Positions 6,728 through 10,252 of a DNA stretch of 10,252 nucleotides are shown here, one piece after another. The notes beneath the pieces were generated by a model. The model was not told the DNA's origin. It made no database searches and worked only from the letters and a program-made list of their open reading frames with translations. A program made the position numbers and the translations under genes. This stretch comes from Myxococcota bacterium. Its GTDB lineage: Bacteria; Myxococcota; UBA4151. Location: assembly GCA_040260805.1 (NCBI GenBank), contig JBDQPD010000114.1:1-10252 (forward strand), given 5' to 3'. Positions within the stretch are counted from its first letter, which is position 1; the number at the start of each line of letters is the position of its first letter.

Positions 6728-8194
6728 TTAGGGCAGCGGGATCATGCGCCAGCTGATGTCATCGACCCGCACCGGCGGCGCCATCGACTCGGGCACCCCA
6801 AAGGTCATGCCGTTGACGCCGCTCCAACCCTCGCCTGTGAGACGAACATCGACCGTGGATGTGTTGTCGGCGTCGCAAGACAGCTCCACCATCGGCTCAT
6901 CGCCCCAGGTAAAGGACAGGTGCAGGCGCGGCGCCTGACCTTGGTCGTCAAACGCGCAGTCGCTCCCCGCGACCCCGTTGAGGGTAAACTGAGCGCTGTC
7001 CACTGAGTAGCCGAGCACCACCTCGGCGTTGGTGGCGGTGTTGAACAACCTCAGCCGAAAGTCCTCATCGCTCGAGGGCATCTGATCGAGCATCTGCAGG
7101 CTCAAGCTGACGCGCGCAACCCGCTGCGGCGCCGCGAAATAGACCCGCTCGCAGTGCTGATTAATCTCCGCAGCGCGCCCGCCGCCGTTGACATCGACCC
7201 GATCGATCCCCGCCATCTCTAAACACGACCAGCCCTCAAGGTCCGCCGCCTCAAAGTCCTCGACCCACTGCCCAGCCTCAGCCGCCAGGTCGGCGTCGAT
7301 TAACGGCGACGACCAGACGCGCAGGTCATCGATCAGCCCGCCAAAGGGTCGAAACGGCTGGAGCCGTGTGTTGTCCCATTCAAGCTGCGCCCCTACCCCG
7401 TCATAAAACGTTTCAAGGCTCAGGCGCTGCAAGAGCCGGGCATCGACAGCCGCTGCCCCCTGCAGCGCGCCGTCGACATACAGGCGCATCTTGCGGGCAT
7501 CTGGCCCGCTCGGGTTGTAGACCGCCATGATATGCGCCCACCGCTGCCGCGTCAGCGGAGCGAGCGCCTCGAGCCGCCCCCCATCTCCCCACTCGAGCAC
7601 AGGACGCCCCTCGACCAGCACCAACTGAAAAGGACCCCAGTTTTTGCGGTCAGCGTCGCGTGTCTGCGATGAGAACAGCGTCTCTGTGGCTCGAAACGCT
7701 TCTGCCTGCACGCGTATCGCCAGGGTAAAGCTGTCTTGGTACTGCGCCTGCGCGCTCACCACGCGCACGTGCCCTTCGCGCGACAAATCCAAGGCTTGGT
7801 TGTTTTGGCTGATGTCGCGGTACGTCAACGTCCCCCGCTCGCTGGCGGCGCCGCCGCTGGATGCCTCGTTCTCAATGCCGAGGTTAAAGCGCTGACAGAC
7901 GCTCAGGTCGCCGGCTTGTGCGCTGTCGCTGCAGGGCGCGTTGAGCTGCGGGACACGCGGCGAGGGGCTCGCCCCGGCGTCAAAGACTTGTGGATCGCCC
8001 ACGTCGCCGCCGATCGGCGGGCGAACGCTGGCGTCGCCGAGCAGGTCGGCGCCGCCGTCTGCACGCCCGCCGCCGGCGTCCACTCCGGCAGGCATCACCT
8101 CAAAATCATCGGGGATGACCGTGATCAAGTCCAGGCAAGCGCCAGACGACAGCAGCAGCGAAGCCAGCGCTAGTGGGCGAAATGGAGCGTTCAT
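6728..8194 (-). CDS. Lipoprotein paralog 3: LamG/pentraxin-like domain + C-terminal beta domain, no MopE motif (488 aa)
   Basis: Start is ATG 8194 (MNAPFRPLALASLLLSSGA-CLDLITVIPDDFEV), not 8458, which would overlap the upstream gene. LamG-like motifs are FTLAIRVQA, WAHIMAVY, MRLYVDG and FGGLIDDLRVWS. Confidence 0.9.
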   Translation of the reverse strand: MNAPFRPLALASLLLSSGACLDLITVIPDDFEVMPAGVDAGGGRADGGADLLGDASVRPPIGGDVGDPQVFDAGASPSPRVPQLNAPCSDSAQAGDLSVCQRFNLGIENEASSGGAASERGTLTYRDISQNNQALDLSREGHVRVVSAQAQYQDSFTLAIRVQAEAFRATETLFSSQTRDADRKNWGPFQLVLVEGRPVLEWGDGGRLEALAPLTRQRWAHIMAVYNPSGPDARKMRLYVDGALQGAAAVDARLLQRLSLETFYDGVGAQLEWDNTRLQPFRPFGGLIDDLRVWSSPLIDADLAAEAGQWVEDFEAADLEGWSCLEMAGIDRVDVNGGGRAAEINQHCERVYFAAPQRVARVSLSLQMLDQMPSSDEDFRLRLFNTATNAEVVLGYSVDSAQFTLNGVAGSDCAFDDQGQAPRLHLSFTWGDEPMVELSCDADNTSTVDVRLTGEGWSGVNGMTFGVPESMAPPVRVDDISWRMIPLP

Positions 8195-8201
8195 CGGTGC
8201 C

Positions 8202-8230
8202 ACTGTGCCCAGAACCCCGCAAGATGCCAA
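8202..8230 (-). promoter_or_regulatory. Putative sigma70-like promoter TTGGCA-N17-CACAGT (leaderless transcript predicted)
   Basis: The -35 element is at 8225-8230 and the -10 element at 8202-8207, 7 nt before ATG 8194. No Shine-Dalgarno sequence is present. Confidence 0.55.
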
Positions 8231-8234
8231 GCGC

Positions 8235-10252
8235 TCAAGGTGTCTCTTTCCGCTCGATGCGCTCGGGCTCAGCCTCCGGCGATGCGTCGCTGCGCAGCGC
8301 GTACACCAGCACGCCCTCGCCACCGGGAAGCTGTGCGCGCCCGTACACCGTAAAGACCGGCGGCTGGTCGCCTTGAGGCGTCGCCACCTCAATCCAATAA
8401 CTCGCCGCCACCTTGCCGTCGGCGACGGGCGTGACCGGCTTCCACCGCAAGGCATCAAAGGCGCCCGAATCCGGCGTCACCGCGTCCCAGCGCACCAGCT
8501 CATCTCCGGCGCTGCGCGCAGGGTAAGGGGTCGCCGCTAAGGGCGCGCCGAACTCCAACACTCGGTCGCGCTCAGCGCGCACCTGCTCTTGTGCCTCTTG
8601 GTCCCAGAGCGCCTGGTTGAGCGCGTCGGCGTGGCGCAGGTTCGCCCAGCCGGTCTTAGGCGGCTCGTAGCCGGCGTAGACCATAAAGATCTGCGCCCCA
8701 TTGCGCTCGATGACCTCGCTCACCTCACCAAGTTTGAGCCCTTTAAGCGCAGCGAGCTCCTGATCAGTGAGCTGGTACCCACGCAGGTTGGTGGTCCAAA
8801 ACTTATCGCTCAGCGCCGCATCGGTCGCGACCCACTCAAAGTGCTTATGCGCCCGCCCCCAGCGATCAGCGGCGAAGGCTGGCGTGGCAAAGAACGCCTC
8901 GGCTTTGGCGTAAAACCCTTTAGGGTCCTCAAGCGCTGCGGCGCGCAGCGCGCGCAGGTCACGCGCTGCGTGCTCGGCGGGCTGTTTGAGGGCGCGCCGA
9001 TACCCGTTGGCGTTGACCGAGACGCCGACGAAGCGATGCGTGGCGGGCACGGCGAGGCGATCCCGGTTCTTTTGAAAAAAGGCGTAGCGCGCCTCGGGGC
9101 TCAAGGTGCGCCGGGTATAAGGCGTAAAGTGGGCGCGCGCCTTGGCGGCGCCGACGAGCTCACCAAAACTTGGCGCCGAGTGCTGCCACCAGGCTTTGGG
9201 CAACATGGGCTTCTCACCGCTCGCTTGGCGCTGCTTGGAGGCGAGCGCTGCCGCGTGCTTGATCAAGTAGTTATCCTGCGCTTGGCGCAAGCGACGCAGG
9301 TTGGTGACGAGCTCTCGCTCAATGCTCGAGCGCTTGTGGCGCGCCTCGCCAGCCTGCGCAGCGCTGTACGCCTTGAGGGCAGCGGCGATGGGCTCGGGCG
9401 CGGCGGCGTCTGCGTCGCTGAGCCCTTGACCAAGCGCAAAGAGCTCATCGGCGAGCTGCGTGGCGTGGGCTTTGCAGTCCTTAGGCTTGGTGTGATCATC
9501 CGCCTCGTTGCACAGCGCCAGCAGCTTGGCTCGCATAGGCTCCCCGGCGCCAACGCCATGGGCGTAGTCGCGTAAGGTCGCTCGCTCCGCGCCAGAAAAC
9601 GTTCCGTCGGCGGCGATGACCCGAGCCCAGCGGCTCAGCAAGGTGCGCCGCAGCGAGATGGGTTGCCCAAAAGCGCCCTTGAGCGAGCGCAGCAGCAGCC
9701 GCTGCCGGCTGGCGCGTCCCCACTCGCCTTGACGTTGATCCAAAAAGCTCTGCGCCCGTAAAAACGCCATCCGGGCATGCCCGCGGGTCATGCCTCGGAC
9801 CATCGCCTTGGCGTCAAAGCGATCGGCGCGCCACAGATCGAGCCAGAAGATGAGCTGGAGCTCAGCGCCCTTGAGCGCCTCCTCGGCGATCGGCACGGAC
9901 GGGTCGTGAACCGTCATCAAGGCGGCGTCGCGCACCAAGGGCGCAAAAATCGGCTTAGCGTCTGGAGCCGGCGGCGTCTCGAGCTGAGCGGCGACCGCGG
10001 CGGAGAGGGTCTTAGCGACCCAGTTGTAGCGGGCGAACTCGGTCTCGGTGATTAAGGCTTCATCAAACTGCAGGTGCCCAAGCGCCATGCGCAGCGGGCT
10101 CATGTGATCGTGGCTGCGCCTTAGAAAGGGCGCATAGCGCTTAATGACCGCCTCGCTGAGTCGCAGCGTCTGCGCACGCCTGGGCTGAGCCAAGACCTTT
10201 GTCCACTGCGCGTGCGTGAGCTCAAGGTAGGCTCGCGCCTCGCCGGGAACGA
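8235..10252 (-). CDS. Large helical protein (>671 aa, 5' end outside window) with TerB-like motif, degenerate parvulin/PpiC-like segment and short C-terminal beta segment
   Basis: The frame is open upstream of 10193 to the window edge (VPGEARAYLELTHAQWTKVL). IAADGTFSGAERATLRDYAHGVG resembles the TerB ADG..S..E motif. FFQKNRDRLAVP...LKGLKLGEVSEVIERNGAQIFMV resembles PrsA/SurA/PpiD-type rotamase regions. The CDS itself is secure; the domain calls are tentative. Confidence 0.75.
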   Translation of the reverse strand, partial: VPGEARAYLELTHAQWTKVLAQPRRAQTLRLSEAVIKRYAPFLRRSHDHMSPLRMALGHLQFDEALITETEFARYNWVAKTLSAAVAAQLETPPAPDAKPIFAPLVRDAALMTVHDPSVPIAEEALKGAELQLIFWLDLWRADRFDAKAMVRGMTRGHARMAFLRAQSFLDQRQGEWGRASRQRLLLRSLKGAFGQPISLRRTLLSRWARVIAADGTFSGAERATLRDYAHGVGAGEPMRAKLLALCNEADDHTKPKDCKAHATQLADELFALGQGLSDADAAAPEPIAAALKAYSAAQAGEARHKRSSIERELVTNLRRLRQAQDNYLIKHAAALASKQRQASGEKPMLPKAWWQHSAPSFGELVGAAKARAHFTPYTRRTLSPEARYAFFQKNRDRLAVPATHRFVGVSVNANGYRRALKQPAEHAARDLRALRAAALEDPKGFYAKAEAFFATPAFAADRWGRAHKHFEWVATDAALSDKFWTTNLRGYQLTDQELAALKGLKLGEVSEVIERNGAQIFMVYAGYEPPKTGWANLRHADALNQALWDQEAQEQVRAERDRVLEFGAPLAATPYPARSAGDELVRWDAVTPDSGAFDALRWKPVTPVADGKVAASYWIEVATPQGDQPPVFTVYGRAQLPGGEGVLVYALRSDASPEAEPERIERKETP
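8283..8413. repeat. 131-bp direct repeat, copy 2 (copy 1 at 3983-4113)
   Basis: 127/131 identical to copy 1. It lies in the 3' end of the large gene. Confidence 0.97.

Noticed and set aside
3983..8413. 131-bp repeat pair as a diversity-generating retroelement TR/VR (copy 2 is at a gene 3' end; 3 of 4 mismatches are A on the coding strand of copy 1)
   Set aside because: There are only 4 mismatches, three of them synonymous and one not at A. The putative TR has no AAY codons, no reverse transcriptase is in the window, and the target does not look like a C-type lectin fold. An RT nearby plus A-specific read variation would revive the idea.
8195..8458. N-terminal extension of ORF 6728..8458
   Set aside because: It overlaps the upstream gene in another frame. 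The signal peptide and paralog alignment place the start at 8194.
4889..9575. Long plus-strand ORFs (4889..5836, 6296..7006, 7941..8540, 8589..9575) and other short overlapping ORFs
   Set aside because: They lie opposite or within well-supported genes, are expected in high-GC DNA and show no recognisable motifs.

Overview
GC-rich bacterial DNA, Myxococcota-like by inference (Myxococcus-type Cys-rich repeats, MopE-type 'ECDGxDNDCDG' motifs, DAG-rich linkers). The left edge holds a truncated lipoprotein with DUF4215-type Cys-rich repeats (minus strand, missed by the ORF track), divergent from a plus-strand gene encoding a RelE-like domain plus a helical domain with no helicase. Positions 1648 to beyond 10252 form a co-oriented minus-strand cluster built from duplicated parts. 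It contains a large protein with TerB-like and degenerate parvulin/PPIase segments, and three LamG/pentraxin-like lipoprotein paralogs that share a post-lipobox CxDxI[ST]VIPDDF[EV]V motif. It also contains two CsgG/TolB_N-like exported proteins, each translationally coupled to a PxDF-motif lipoprotein, and a 90-aa chimeric lipoprotein. Notable details are an in-frame TAG in one CsgG-like paralog where the other has Gln (CAG), a 131-bp 97%-identical direct repeat 4300 bp apart that forms the chimera, and twin promoter-like motifs predicting near-leaderless transcripts. All domain calls are by-eye motif recognition, not database results. No RNA genes, CRISPR arrays or mobile-element genes were recognised.
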